64,000 bases of DNA, from positions 3,519-67,518 of the forward strand of contig JAPPHT010000070.1 in the NCBI GenBank assembly GCA_028874795.1, given 5' to 3'. The translations under genes and the position numbers were made by a program. The notes beneath the pieces are model-generated. The model did not search any database. It was given only the letters and a program-made list of their open reading frames with translations, and was not told the origin of the DNA. This document shows positions 25,697 through 35,664 of this stretch, one piece after another. The stretch's first letter is position 1. The number at the start of each line of letters is the position of its first letter. The stretch comes from Chloroflexota bacterium. Lineage in GTDB: Bacteria; Chloroflexota; Dehalococcoidia; Lucifugimonadales; Australimonadaceae.

Positions 25697-26097
25697 AGTT
25701 CTTCCCACCCACCCGCCCGGTACGTTGTGGGGGACACCCCTCACACCGCGGGCTAAAGCCCGTGGCAAAGGGGTCCCCCTCTGCACTCCCCGGTTCCCCT
25801 CACCGCGCGCTGAAGCGCGTTGCCCTCTCCCTTCAAAGGAGAGGGGGCCGGACCGGGCGCCCACGAGGGACGCCCCTACATCGGACGCCGCCCAGCCACG
25901 CCACCGAGGGACCTCACCCACGCGCTGAAGCGCGTCCCCCTCTCCCTCAGGAGAGGGGGTCAGGCGCCCCACCCCGCGCCCGGTTCACCCCCAATCCTAA
26001 CCTTCCCCCATCAAGGGGGAAGGGACCAGGCACTCCCACACCCCACCAATCGTGTGCGCTGGCACGCACTCTGGATTCCCGGCTTCGCGGGAATGAC
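25697..26097. repeat. Repeat mosaic: R7 + R6 + R5 + R6 + R4 + R1
   Basis: R7 GTAGTTCTTCCCACCCACCCGCCC (also at about 31153), R6 at 25797-25848 and 25908-25955, R5 at 25855-25879, R4 at 25982-26030, R1 at 26067-26097. Confidence 0.85.
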
Positions 26098-26103
26098 AAA
26101 GTC

Positions 26104-27300
26104 CTAGTCCGGGGCGGTACGTGGTCGGAAGAGAGCGAAAGAGCTCGTGTAGCCGTGGAGGTAAGTCGTCCCGGCCACGGGCCCGATCTCGCCGTTGCAG
26201 AAGAAGCCGCCGAGCGGCAGGCCGCCCACCACGTCGCGGAAGATGTCGGTGTCGTGGTCCGGCCTGCCGTACAGGTAGCGCCCGCGCCCGGTGCAGGAGA
26301 ACATCAGCGCGCCCGCTGCCGTTCGCTCCCCCGCGGCGTCCAGGTAGCTGGCGAGCGAGTGCTGGAGGTCCTCGCCGGACGTCTGCGCGTCGCGGACGTG
26401 GAACTGGACGAGCTGCCCTTCGCGCACGAGCGCACCGACCGCAAGCGCTCCGCTGTCCTGGTTGACGCCCAGCACGTTACGGATGAGGAAGCCGCCTGCC
26501 GCGTCGCCCAGTGCAAGCGGGTCCATGGCTATGCCCATGAAGAGGTTGTGACGCATGAGCCCCTGGTCGCGCGGGGACGCCGCCGCGTAGATGCCCTGGA
26601 GGCATTCCATGGGCGGGACGCCGTCCAGCGCCTCGATCATGTTGCCCTCCGCGCCGGTGACGTGCATCGCTTCGCCGATGGGGCGGCAGCCCTGCGCGAC
26701 AACGCTGTCGATGACGACGTTGCCCGAAAGGGCGACGCCCACCGCGCCGTCCCGGTGCATGGCGCTGTTGAGAACGAGGCTGTGCGGGGAGAAGCGTCCG
26801 CCGCCGCTGGCGAGTCCGCCAACCTTGACCGCGCCCGGGTAGGCGTAGTCCAACCCTGCGAGGAGAGCGTCGCCGTCCATCGTGAACGGCTCGGCCAGCA
26901 CGATGAAGTCCGGGGCGACGTCCGGCGGAACGCCCAGCAGGGCGTGCCAGGCGTCGGGCGGGGCGTCGGGTGACGGGAGGTCATCCCTGCGCACATGGAA
27001 GGCGCTCAGCGCGACGCCGGGCATGGCTCCGGCGGTGACGGAGAGCGCGGGCGCTTCCTCTTCTTCGCGACCCGAGCCGATGACACCTGAGCCGGAGCAG
27101 CCGATGACGACCGCGTTGGGAAAGCGTTCGCTCACGGCGGCAGGGAGTGTTTCGGTCTGCGGGCCGTAGTGGTGCGACGTGAACACTGCGACGAAGCTGA
27201 CGTCGCTGGCGTCGTCGACCACGGCGCTGATGGACGCTATGCACTCGTCCAGCGCCACGTTCAGATCGGCGTGGCGCGAGAGGCCGGATCCCCATTGCAT
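26104..27300 (-). CDS. FIST-domain (FIST_N + FIST_C) sensory protein
   Basis: 398 aa. The layout and motifs (FVAVFTSHH.., VVIGCSGSGVIG.., GGFFCNGEIGP) are typical of FIST proteins. Confidence 0.7.
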   Translation of the reverse strand: MQWGSGLSRHADLNVALDECIASISAVVDDASDVSFVAVFTSHHYGPQTETLPAAVSERFPNAVVIGCSGSGVIGSGREEEEAPALSVTAGAMPGVALSAFHVRRDDLPSPDAPPDAWHALLGVPPDVAPDFIVLAEPFTMDGDALLAGLDYAYPGAVKVGGLASGGGRFSPHSLVLNSAMHRDGAVGVALSGNVVIDSVVAQGCRPIGEAMHVTGAEGNMIEALDGVPPMECLQGIYAAASPRDQGLMRHNLFMGIAMDPLALGDAAGGFLIRNVLGVNQDSGALAVGALVREGQLVQFHVRDAQTSGEDLQHSLASYLDAAGERTAAGALMFSCTGRGRYLYGRPDHDTDIFRDVVGGLPLGGFFCNGEIGPVAGTTYLHGYTSSFALFRPRTAPD

Positions 27301-27384
27301 GACGCTCTCCTTTCGCCGGTGACCGCGAGGCGCCCAGTATAGAGCAAGGCGTGGGGAGGAGGTGCAAGGGGGCAGCCCTCACCC

Positions 27385-27655
27385 GCCGAGCCCAGCCCCG
27401 CCGTGTGCCCTGCGGGCACGCTGGATGTCAGCCTTCGCTGGCATGACGGGGGGCTGCGCCCCGCGTCTGGTTCGCCCTCACCCGCCGCGCAAGCGCGCCG
27501 ACCTCTCCCATGGGGCGACGTGGGTCAGACAGGGCGCCCACAAGGGACGCCCCTACGCCAGACAACCCACCGCTCCGCCGGTTCACCCCCATCCTAACCT
27601 TCCCCCGTCGAGGGGGAAGGGATCAGGCGAGGTTCCTGCCTGCGCAGGAACGACG
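27385..27655. repeat. Repeat mosaic: R1 variant + R6 + R5 + R4 + R2
   Basis: 27417-27449, 27475-27524, 27532-27556, 27580-27627, 27631-27655. Confidence 0.85.
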
Positions 27656-27661
27656 AAGTTC

Positions 27662-28153
27662 CTACGCGTCGTTGAGGGCGTCGCGGAGGTAGCGGAGGGT
27701 GCGGGTGGCGAACTCGGCCATGTTGGCCCGGCGGTCGTCGATGCCGGTCTCGATGACCTCGGTGCGGGTGACGGGGCCGGCAACACTGAGCGTGGTGCGT
27801 CCCGCGGCAAAGCCGAAGCGGCTGCGGCCCGGGCCCGCGACACCGGACTCGGCGATGCACCACGTGGCGCCCAGGCGTTCGCGCATCGCCTCCGCAAGCG
27901 CGGCGAGCATCTCCGGTGTCGTGCCGCGGTAGTTGGCGTAGGTCTCCGCCGGCACGCCGGCGAGCGCCGTGCGCGAGTTCAGGGTATAGAGCACGCCGCC
28001 TCCGGCGTAGTAGCGCGATGCGCCCGCGACCGCCAGCAACGCCGCCGATACGAGCCCACCGGTCGTGGATTCCGAGACGGCGACGGTCTCGCCGCGGGCG
28101 ATGAGGCGCTCCGCGATGTCGTTCGCGAGCTGGGACTGTTCGTCGTTGAGCAT
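27662..28153 (-). CDS. pncC: CinA C-terminal domain protein / nicotinamide-nucleotide amidohydrolase
   Basis: VAVSESTTGGLVSAAL and WCIAESGVAGP motifs. ATG 28153 has an AGGAGG RBS. Confidence 0.75.
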   Translation of the reverse strand: MLNDEQSQLANDIAERLIARGETVAVSESTTGGLVSAALLAVAGASRYYAGGGVLYTLNSRTALAGVPAETYANYRGTTPEMLAALAEAMRERLGATWCIAESGVAGPGRSRFGFAAGRTTLSVAGPVTRTEVIETGIDDRRANMAEFATRTLRYLRDALNDA

Positions 28154-28195
28154 GGACGTCCTCCTTAACGAGGCCTCAGGCAGGAGGGACGAAGA

Positions 28196-28386
28196 GGGCA
28201 CCCACGAGGGACGCCCCTACACCAGGCCCCCAGCCCACACCCCAAGGGCCCTCACCCGCCGCTTCGCGGCACCCTCTCCCTCAGGAGAGGGAATCGGACA
28301 CCCTCCCCACTCCACCGCGAGCGGCCCGCTGTGAGCGCTGTATGCCCTGGCGGGCACTCTGGATTCCCGCCTTCGCGGGAATGACG
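28196..28386. repeat. Repeat mosaic: R5 + R6 + R1
   Basis: 28196-28220, 28249-28291, 28355-28386 (preceded by the GCCC-TGGC-GGGC hairpin). Confidence 0.85.
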
Positions 28387-28392
28387 AGGACC

Positions 28393-28737
28393 TCAGCGTT
28401 GCAGGCCGCGCCACTTGTGCGGGTCGACTCCCCTGGAGCGGAACCAGTAGTAGATGCCGTCCCAGTAGGGTTCAGGGTCGACGTGCGTGACCTCGCCGGT
28501 GGGCAGGCGCACGAGCACGAGCTTCCCCCACTGCTCGGGGTCGCGCTGGTCCGCGTCGACCTCCAGGCTGACGACCGCCGTGTCCAGGCCCTCCATGTCG
28601 TTCAGGAAGTCGGCGAGCACGTCGGAATCGGCGTCCCACGTCCGCAGGACGGTGTTGCTGTCCTCGCCGAACTCGCCCACGTACAGGAGCGCGTCGTTGC
28701 CCCTGCCTCTGGTCCTCCACTCGATGCGTGCTGCCAT
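28393..28737 (-). CDS. Hypothetical protein, last gene of the dioxygenase operon
   Basis: 114 aa. No Cys and no recognisable motif. Starts 9 nt after the beta-subunit stop on the same strand. Confidence 0.4.
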   Translation of the reverse strand: MAARIEWRTRGRGNDALLYVGEFGEDSNTVLRTWDADSDVLADFLNDMEGLDTAVVSLEVDADQRDPEQWGKLVLVRLPTGEVTHVDPEPYWDGIYYWFRSRGVDPHKWRGLQR

Positions 28738-28746
28738 GGTGCACTC

Positions 28747-29280
28747 CTAGAGGAAGGTGTTGAGCACCTTGGGGAGCATGACGTTCTGGGCGAGGATGAG
28801 TTTGCGGAAGACGAGTTTGAAGCCAGTCTCCGGGTCGCGGCGCAGAAGGTCTTCCCTGCGCCCGACGAAGTGGTTCACCTCGTCCTGGAGGCGGTTCTGG
28901 TAGCAGAAGAACTTGCTGTTGACCCTGATCTCGTCGCCCTCGACGCTCACGAGTTCCACGTTGGAGACGATGTGCTCGAACCGGGAGACGGGCTCCTCCG
29001 GCCAGTGGACGCCCGTCTTCAGTTGCCGGATGCGCCCGGCGAGGATGTCCTTCCCTTCGTCGAACCAGTTGATCTCCTCGTCCATGCTGGTGAACTCGAG
29101 GTCCCAGTCGCCGAACTTGATGTTGCGGCGCATGGGCATCCAGTAGTGGAGGTCTTCGGCAAGCAGATCGAGCCACTCCTCGAGCCTGCGCTCGTCGAGC
29201 AGCCGCGCCTCTTTGTAGAGGAACTGCTCGAGCTCATGCTTGAGGACCACTTCCTCCAGCGCGTTCCGAGTCTCAACCAT
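28747..29280 (-). CDS. Aromatic ring-hydroxylating dioxygenase beta subunit (NTF2/SnoaL-like)
   Basis: VEQFLYKEARLLDERRLEEWLDLLAEDLHYWMP...RFEHIVSNVEL is the classic RHO small-subunit pattern. Confidence 0.8.
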   Translation of the reverse strand: MVETRNALEEVVLKHELEQFLYKEARLLDERRLEEWLDLLAEDLHYWMPMRRNIKFGDWDLEFTSMDEEINWFDEGKDILAGRIRQLKTGVHWPEEPVSRFEHIVSNVELVSVEGDEIRVNSKFFCYQNRLQDEVNHFVGRREDLLRRDPETGFKLVFRKLILAQNVMLPKVLNTFL

Positions 29281-29317
29281 CGCCTACCCTCCTCAGCTTG
29301 TGGGGATGCCCCCCATC

Positions 29318-29397
29318 GGGCGCCCACGAGGGACGCCCCTGCACCGAACAGATCGTGCCCCGCGCCGAGGGCCGTCTCCCTCAGGAGAGGGGGACCA
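29318..29397. repeat. R5 + partial R6 inside the dioxygenase operon
   Basis: GGGCGCCCACGAGGGACGCCCCTGC and CCGTCTCCCTCAGGAGAGGGGG, between the 76-aa ORF and the beta-subunit gene. Confidence 0.8.
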
Positions 29398-29401
29398 AGT
29401 G

Positions 29402-29632
29402 CTACTCCGTCGCCTCGCGGACCTCGTTGAAGAAGACGAACTCCTCCGTACCCACCACTGCCGGGTCCCGGTGCTCCGTGAACCGCACGAGCACGTATGC
29501 TCCGTCTCCGGGGTTCGCCGTAATCTCCCCGGCGCCCTCGTATATGGTGGTGATCTTCGTCCCCTCCGGCAGGTTGCGGAAGGTGTCAGCCCCGTTGGGG
29601 CCGCTCAGTACGTACTTCTTCGGTTCCGTCAC
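29402..29632 (-). CDS. Hypothetical small protein between the dioxygenase alpha and beta genes
   Basis: 76 aa, no Cys so not a ferredoxin. Starts 9 nt after the alpha-subunit stop. Confidence 0.4.
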   Translation of the reverse strand: MTEPKKYVLSGPNGADTFRNLPEGTKITTIYEGAGEITANPGDGAYVLVRFTEHRDPAVVGTEEFVFFNEVREATE

Positions 29633-29641
29633 GGTTCCCCT

Positions 29642-31042
29642 CTACCAGATGCGGTGGTCGGCGGTCTTGTTGACAGGGTAGAGGTCGTCCCAGCTGGTGG
29701 CCTCCATAAAGGCGAGCCACCGGCTGAAGCGCGCGCGCTGGGCTTCCTCCGTGTAAGAGCCGTTGAAGACGACGCCCGGCAGCCGGTCGTTGTACTTGCC
29801 GAGCCTGATGCCGTTGGCGAAGAAGTAGTCGAGCTTCCGTGCCCTCGCGCCCTGGCTGGCCGGGAAGACGTAGTTCCAGTTCTCCATGTCGTCGGACTCG
29901 AAGAAGCCGACCGGGCCGTTGAAGCGCTCCGAGTAGTGGCGGACGGCGTCCCGCACGTGCTTGGGCGCGGTCTTGTCGACGCCGGAGAGCGTCCAGCGCT
30001 CGACGACGCCGACGGAGTGGGGCTGCCACCAGCGGAGCCGCCAGCTGTCCACCATGACGCTGGGGAAGATGGCGAAGTGGCCGCCGCCCCAGCCGTGGGG
30101 CGCCATGATCTTGTCGGCCAGCAGCTTGCTCTTGCGTTCGGTCGCCTCGCGGAAGTAGTCGTCGACGCCAGCCTCGTACCACTCCTCCTCGTACTCGGGG
30201 ACGCCGGGCTGGTGGTAGAGGGTGCACATGCCGCCGTGGCCCAGGTTGTGGTCGCCGATGGCGTACTTGCTCATGGGGAACGGGGCGGCGGCCCGCGCCC
30301 GGTCGCGCCCGCCCTTCGAGCCGCGGTCCTGTTGGAGCTTGGCGGCGGCGGCGGAGCGGTGGGTCATCGCCGTGTGGGTGAGGTCGGTGACGGAGGTGAA
30401 GCCGGGGACCTTCCAGTTGGTGGGGAGACGGTGGCGCTGGAACGGAGTGAACATGTCCAGGCCGGCGTCCGTGCCGTCGCTGGCCTGGAGGCAGTGGCGA
30501 AGGCTCTCGGTGAAGGGGCCGAGGTACTCCTCGAACGATGGCGCCTTCGGGTCCCAGGTCGCCCAGAGGGAGCCGTAGAAGTTCTTGAACTGGGCGACCT
30601 CGGCGAGGCCCCACTCCTCCTTCGGGAGCGTCCCGCAGTAGGCCTCGGGCGAGTGCTGGAAGCCCGCGCCCACGAGGCGTCCCGTGGTGTCGTACGTCCA
30701 GGCGTGGAAGGGGCAGGTGAAGATGAGGGAGTTGCCCTGGTCGTAGCGGACGACTTTCATGCCGCGGTGCCTGCAGGAGTTGAGGAAGGCGCGTATCTGG
30801 TGGTCCTTCCGGTCCCGCACCACAATGACTTCCTCGGTGCCCATGCGGCTGATGACGAAGTCTCCCGGATTGGGGACCTGGCTCTCGTGGCCGAGGAACA
30901 GCCAGCAGCGCTGGAATATCTGCTCCATCTCCTGTTCGAAGATGTCCGGGTTGACGTAGAGCTCCCTGCTGACGGTGCCGCGCTCGGGGTCGATGTAGTC
31001 GCGGATCGAGCGGTCCCCTCGTGCTCGAATGATGGCCACCAT
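29642..31042 (-). CDS. Aromatic ring-hydroxylating dioxygenase alpha subunit (Rieske)
   Basis: CRHRGMKV...CPFHAW Rieske motif and a catalytic domain with GHGG.., DxxH-type ligands. GGAGG RBS. Confidence 0.9.
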   Translation of the reverse strand: MVAIIRARGDRSIRDYIDPERGTVSRELYVNPDIFEQEMEQIFQRCWLFLGHESQVPNPGDFVISRMGTEEVIVVRDRKDHQIRAFLNSCRHRGMKVVRYDQGNSLIFTCPFHAWTYDTTGRLVGAGFQHSPEAYCGTLPKEEWGLAEVAQFKNFYGSLWATWDPKAPSFEEYLGPFTESLRHCLQASDGTDAGLDMFTPFQRHRLPTNWKVPGFTSVTDLTHTAMTHRSAAAAKLQQDRGSKGGRDRARAAAPFPMSKYAIGDHNLGHGGMCTLYHQPGVPEYEEEWYEAGVDDYFREATERKSKLLADKIMAPHGWGGGHFAIFPSVMVDSWRLRWWQPHSVGVVERWTLSGVDKTAPKHVRDAVRHYSERFNGPVGFFESDDMENWNYVFPASQGARARKLDYFFANGIRLGKYNDRLPGVVFNGSYTEEAQRARFSRWLAFMEATSWDDLYPVNKTADHRIW

Positions 31043-31149
31043 GGCTGCCCTCCTTGCGAATCCGTCCGTGCCTGTCTGTTGCTGGTGCGAATCGTAATCA
31101 TTCGCAAGCGCGCTGTCTACGGAGTTGGAGGGGTGTGCTCACCCGCTCG

Positions 31150-31460
31150 GCGGGAGTAGTTCTTCCCACCCACCCGCCCTGAACGCTGTGGCGGTACCCC
31201 TGCTCCCCCGGCAGAGGGGTTCCTCTGCACTGCCCGGCCATACGCCGACTCACCGGTTCACCCCCATCATGGCCTTTCTCCATCAAAGGGGAAGGGACCG
31301 GGAGAGGATGCGAGGTTCCTGCCTCCGCAGGAACGACGGAGCACCCCCACTACTACCTCGCCGCCACAGGGCCCTCACCCTGACGCTCTCCCCTTGTAAG
31401 GAGAGGGGACCAGGCCCCGAGAGATTCCTCGGCTGTGCTCGCGGTGACGGGGCTCGTTTC
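31150..31460. repeat. Repeat mosaic: R7 + R4 + R2 + R6 + R3 upstream of nusA
   Basis: R4 at 31255-31302, R2 at 31314-31339, R6 at 31374-31410, R3-like at 31426-31460. Confidence 0.8.
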
Positions 31461-31525
31461 CGATACCAAGAATCGGTGCGCTACGAGTGGACGGCGGGCG
31501 CTTTAAGGAGTAGTATGGGAGTGCT

Positions 31526-31556
31526 GAGAGTGGGCATCGCCCACTCTCGCGCTTTC
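31526..31556 (+). terminator. Terminator/attenuator-like hairpin in the nusA leader
   Basis: 10-bp stem GAGAGTGGGC / GCCCACTCTC with loop ATC, then GCGCTTTCT. Lies 41 nt before the nusA ATG and inside a 21-codon uORF. Confidence 0.4.
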
Positions 31557-31589
31557 TGGGAACGCCGATGCTGGAGGTAGAAGGGACGC

Positions 31590-33179
31590 ATGAAGAGCGA
31601 CTTTCTCATCGCCGTTACGCAGCTCGCGGCTGAACGCAACCTGCCGCAGGATATGGTGGTCTCGGCCGTGGAGGCGGCCCTCGCCTCCGCATACCGCAGA
31701 GACGGAGCATCCGGCAGCCAAAGCAATATCCGCGTCCACCTGGACCCCAACACCGGGGAGGTGGAGGTCTACCAGATCAGGACGGTGGTCGAGGAGGTCA
31801 CCAACGAACTCGCGGAGATCACCCTCGGCGATGCGAAGCGCCTCACCAGGAACCAGGGCCTCAGCATAGGCGACACGCTGGAGGAGCAACTCTCGGCCCA
31901 CGCGGCCGGGCGCATCGCGGCGCAGACCGCCAAGCAGGTGGTGTTCCAGCGCCTCCGCGAGGCCGAGCGCGAGCTGGTCTACGCCGAGTTCGCCGAGAAG
32001 AGCGGCGAGGTCTACACGGCGACGGTGCAGCGTTCGTTCGGCGGCGCCATCACCATGGACCTCAACGGGCGCGCATCGGCCACGCTCCCTCCCACCGAGC
32101 AGTCGCCGATGGAGCGCTACCGCCCCGGCATGAAGCTCAAGGTGATTATCACGGAGGTAACGCGCACCCAGCGGGGCCCCGAGATCATCGTTTCCCGCAC
32201 GCACCCGGACCTCCTCCGCCGCTTGTTCGAGATGGAGGTGCCAGAGATCTACAACGGCATCGTGGAGATACGCGGCATCGCCCGGGAGCCGGGCTCGCGC
32301 TCCAAGGTTGCCGTGTTCGCGAGGCAGGACGGCGTCGACCCGGTGGGGGCGTGCGTGGGCCTGCGCGGCATCCGCATCCAGAACATCGTCAACGAGCTGC
32401 AGGGCGAGAAGATCGACGTCATCCAGTGGTCGCGTGATCTCTCCATCTACATCTCGCACGCGCTCAGCCCCGCCCAGCCGCTCCGCGTGGACCTGAACGA
32501 GGCCGAACAGGCCGCGACCATCGTCGTTCCGGACCGGCAACTCTCGCTCGCCATCGGACGCGAGGGGCAGAACGCGCGCCTCGCCGCCAAGCTCACGAAC
32601 TGGAAGATAGACATCAAGAGCTCGACCGAGATCGAGATCGAGCGCATGCGCGTACAGATCGAGGGCGTTGTCGCGGGACGGGAATCGGAGGAAGCGGAGG
32701 TGGTGGAGGCTGTCGCCGTCGTTCCCGATGAGGCCGGAGAAGACACGGTCGAGAAGCGCGCAGCCGCGATAGCAGCGGAAGAGGCCGCCATCATGGCGGA
32801 ACTGGAGGCCGAAGCAACTGCCGCGCAACAGGTCCAGGAGGCCGAGCAGATCGCGGGCGGGCTGAGTCCGGAGGAGATGCTCGCGCTGGAATCGCTCGAT
32901 CAGGTGGATGAGGAGATCGAAGAGATCATCGTGGAAGAGGTGGAGGAGGACTTCGGAGAGGACGACATCTGGAAGGTGCCGGAACCCATCGGCGGCGGCC
33001 CGACGATCCGGTTCGCCGAGGACATACTGGGAGCGCCCCAGGGCAACCGCCGTGGAGGCGGCCGACGCCGCGGAGGCGCCGGCCCGCGGCGTTCCAACGC
33101 CCCCAACCGCGGCGGCGGACGGCGACCGGGAGGCCCCGCGACCACCGGAACGCCCGGGGGTGACGACTTAGGGGGGTAA
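31590..33179 (+). CDS. nusA: Transcription termination/antitermination factor NusA
   Basis: [23 protein letters not shown].., S1 and KH domains ([31 protein letters not shown]), acidic/RG-rich tail. Confidence 0.95.
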   Translation: MKSDFLIAVTQLAAERNLPQDMVVSAVEAALASAYRRDGASGSQSNIRVHLDPNTGEVEVYQIRTVVEEVTNELAEITLGDAKRLTRNQGLSIGDTLEEQLSAHAAGRIAAQTAKQVVFQRLREAERELVYAEFAEKSGEVYTATVQRSFGGAITMDLNGRASATLPPTEQSPMERYRPGMKLKVIITEVTRTQRGPEIIVSRTHPDLLRRLFEMEVPEIYNGIVEIRGIAREPGSRSKVAVFARQDGVDPVGACVGLRGIRIQNIVNELQGEKIDVIQWSRDLSIYISHALSPAQPLRVDLNEAEQAATIVVPDRQLSLAIGREGQNARLAAKLTNWKIDIKSSTEIEIERMRVQIEGVVAGRESEEAEVVEAVAVVPDEAGEDTVEKRAAAIAAEEAAIMAELEAEATAAQQVQEAEQIAGGLSPEEMLALESLDQVDEEIEEIIVEEVEEDFGEDDIWKVPEPIGGGPTIRFAEDILGAPQGNRRGGGRRRGGAGPRRSNAPNRGGGRRPGGPATTGTPGGDDLGG

Positions 33180-33198
33180 GCCCCGCGCGGAGGGAACG

Positions 33199-33498
33199 AT
33201 GCGGAATCGCCACGTACCGCAGCGCACCTGCGTGATCTGCGGCATGAAGACCTCCAAGCGCGAACTGGTCAGGGTAGTGATGACTCCGGAGCGTGAGTGC
33301 GCCGTGGACGACACGGGCAAACGCTCAGGGCGCGGAGCGTACCTGTGTCAGCAGCCCGCGTGCTGGGACGCGGCGCTCCGCGGAGGGCGCCTCGCCGCCG
33401 CCCTGCGCGGCCGTATCGGGCAGGACGACCACGAACGGCTGGCTGAGTTCGCGGAAGGCATACGAGCGGCAGCGGGGGCTGCCGGGACCACCGGATAG
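33199..33498 (+). CDS. ylxR: YlxR/RnpM (DUF448) RNA-binding protein
   Basis: [21 protein letters not shown]...GRGAYLC motif. Canonical position between nusA and infB. Confidence 0.85.
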   Translation: MRNRHVPQRTCVICGMKTSKRELVRVVMTPERECAVDDTGKRSGRGAYLCQQPACWDAALRGGRLAAALRGRIGQDDHERLAEFAEGIRAAAGAAGTTG

Positions 33499-33506
33499 GA
33501 GAGCAG

Positions 33507-35285
33507 ATGGCCGAAGAACCACAGAGGTCGGCAACCGCCACCCGCCGGGTAACGCTCCGCGCGCTTCCCATAGGCGAGGCCGTAGCGGTGGGGGTGCTCG
33601 CGGAGCGCATGCGCGTCGAGCCCGTGCAGGTGATCAAGCAACTCATGCGCGGCGGCGTGTTCGCGAGCATCAACCAGAACATCGACTTCGAGACGGCCTC
33701 GGCCGTGGCTCGCGTGTTCGGGTACGCCGCGCGCAAGGTGGAGGACGCCGTCAGCGCCGCAGGCGGTTCCGTCGCCGAGGAAGACTCCGCCGACCTGGAG
33801 ACCCGTCCTGCCGTCGTCACGGTCCTCGGACACGTCGACCACGGCAAGACGACGCTGCTGGACGCCATCCGCAGGACGAACGTCGTCGCCAGGGAGGCGG
33901 GCGGCATCACGCAGCACATCGGGGCGTACCAGGTGGTGCACAACGGCACGCCCATCACCTTCATCGACACACCGGGCCACGAGGCGTTCACCGCCATGCG
34001 GGCACGGGGCGCCCAGGTCACGGACATCGCCGTCCTCGTCGTCGCCGCCGACGACGGCGTCATGCCGCAGACCGTGGAGGCGATAGACCACATCAAGGCC
34101 GCGGACGTGCCCATCATCGTCGCCATCAACAAGATGGACAGCGCCAATGCCGACGCCGAACGCGTGCGCCGCCAGCTCTCCGAGCGCGAGTTCGTGGTCG
34201 AGAAGTGGGGCGGCGACGTGATCGACGTCGAGGTATCCGCGAGGCAGGGCGACGGCATCGACGACCTGCTCGAGAGCATCGAGCTCGTTGCCGAGGTTGC
34301 GGAGCTCAAGGCGAACCCCAGGCGTCCGGGCGTGGGCGTCGTCGTGGAAGCGCAGCTGGACCGGAACAGGGGCGTGCTGGCGCGCGTGCTCGTGCAGACC
34401 GGGACGTTGAGAGTGGGCGACCATATCGTCGTCGGCTCGACGCGCGGACGTGTGAAGGCGCTCGTCAACGCGGAGGGGAAACGCACGCACAACGCGGGGC
34501 CGTCCACGCCGGTCGAGGTGCTGGGGCTCAGCGAGCTTCCCGGCGCCGGAGACAGGCTGGTCGTCGTACCGGACGAGAAGACGGCGCGCTCGACGGTTGC
34601 TGAGCGGCTGCGCCGCGAAGACCTGAACCGCGCGCGAGGCGCGACGCTGGAGGAGATCGGCGCGCGCATCTCCGCGGGCCAGGCCAAGGAGCTGCGCCTC
34701 ATCCTCAAGACGGACGTGCAGGGCAGCGTCGCCGCCGTCAAGCAGGCGCTGGAGCAGTTGAGCACCACGGAAGCGCAGATCCGGCTGATCCACACCGGCA
34801 CCGGCGCGGTCACCGAGAGCGACGTGATGCTCGCGGTGGCGTCGGACGCCATCATCGTCGGGTTCAACGTTCGCCCGGACCAGGGCGCGCAACGCCTCGC
34901 CGACCAGGACAACGTACAGATACGGCGCTACGACATCATCTACCGCCTTACGGAGGACGTGGAGAAGGCGCTCCACGGCCTGCTGGAACCGACAATCGAG
35001 GACGTCACGGAAGGCTCGGCGGAGGTGCGCGCGGTCTTCTCCCTGGGGCGCAACCGCAGGAGCGCGGGCTGCTACGTCACGGACGGACGGCTCACGCGCG
35101 GCGCGCGGGGGCGTGTCATCCGCGGCGGCGAGGTAATCTTCGACGGCCCCATCGCCGGGCTGCGCCGCTTCAAGGACGACGTGCGCGAGGTCGCCACCGG
35201 CTACGAGTGCGGCGTATCGCTCGAAGGGTTCAACGACTTCGCGGAAGGCGACGTCATCGAGTCGCACCGCCAGCAGCGCGCGTGA
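33507..35285 (+). CDS. infB: Translation initiation factor IF-2
   Basis: [25 protein letters not shown] and NKMD GTPase motifs. Full-length IF-2 C-terminal domains. Confidence 0.95.
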   Translation: MAEEPQRSATATRRVTLRALPIGEAVAVGVLAERMRVEPVQVIKQLMRGGVFASINQNIDFETASAVARVFGYAARKVEDAVSAAGGSVAEEDSADLETRPAVVTVLGHVDHGKTTLLDAIRRTNVVAREAGGITQHIGAYQVVHNGTPITFIDTPGHEAFTAMRARGAQVTDIAVLVVAADDGVMPQTVEAIDHIKAADVPIIVAINKMDSANADAERVRRQLSEREFVVEKWGGDVIDVEVSARQGDGIDDLLESIELVAEVAELKANPRRPGVGVVVEAQLDRNRGVLARVLVQTGTLRVGDHIVVGSTRGRVKALVNAEGKRTHNAGPSTPVEVLGLSELPGAGDRLVVVPDEKTARSTVAERLRREDLNRARGATLEEIGARISAGQAKELRLILKTDVQGSVAAVKQALEQLSTTEAQIRLIHTGTGAVTESDVMLAVASDAIIVGFNVRPDQGAQRLADQDNVQIRRYDIIYRLTEDVEKALHGLLEPTIEDVTEGSAEVRAVFSLGRNRRSAGCYVTDGRLTRGARGRVIRGGEVIFDGPIAGLRRFKDDVREVATGYECGVSLEGFNDFAEGDVIESHRQQRA

Positions 35286-35316
35286 GCCCCGGCTCCCCGC
35301 GGACATCGAGCGACCC

Positions 35317-35664
35317 ATGACCCGGAGGACGGACCGCATAGCGGGACTGCTGCAGAGCGAGATCGGCAGGCTGACCACCGGCAGGCTGAAGGACCCCAGG
35401 CTGGCGCGCCTGGTCACGCTCGCGCACGTCAAGGTCAGCGCGGACCTCGCTCACGCCACGGTGGCGGTCACCGTCGCGGGGACGCAGGAGGACGCTCGCG
35501 AGGCGCTGGCCGGTCTGAGGTCGGCATCCGGGTACATCAAGCGGGAGCTGCACCAGCGGCTCAACTTGAAACGCACGCCGGAGCTGCACTTCGTCCACGA
35601 CACCGCCATCGAAGAGGGCGACCGCGTGCTCGGCCTGCTGGACGGGATCAAGGAACAGGGATGA
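35317..35664 (+). CDS. rbfA: Ribosome-binding factor A
   Basis: RTDRIAGLLQSEIGRL...VKVSADLAHATV...TPELHFVHD. Confidence 0.9.
   Translation: MTRRTDRIAGLLQSEIGRLTTGRLKDPRLARLVTLAHVKVSADLAHATVAVTVAGTQEDAREALAGLRSASGYIKRELHQRLNLKRTPELHFVHDTAIEEGDRVLGLLDGIKEQG

Noticed and set aside
31125-31580. 151-aa plus-strand ORF just upstream of nusA, considered as a possible rimP
   Set aside because: It is translated almost wholly from repeat modules (R7, R4, R2, R6, R3) and bears no resemblance to RimP. Only its last 21 codons, with their own SD, are kept as a possible uORF.
33269-35432. 547-aa and 694-aa minus-strand ORFs
   Set aside because: They are antisense shadows of infB.
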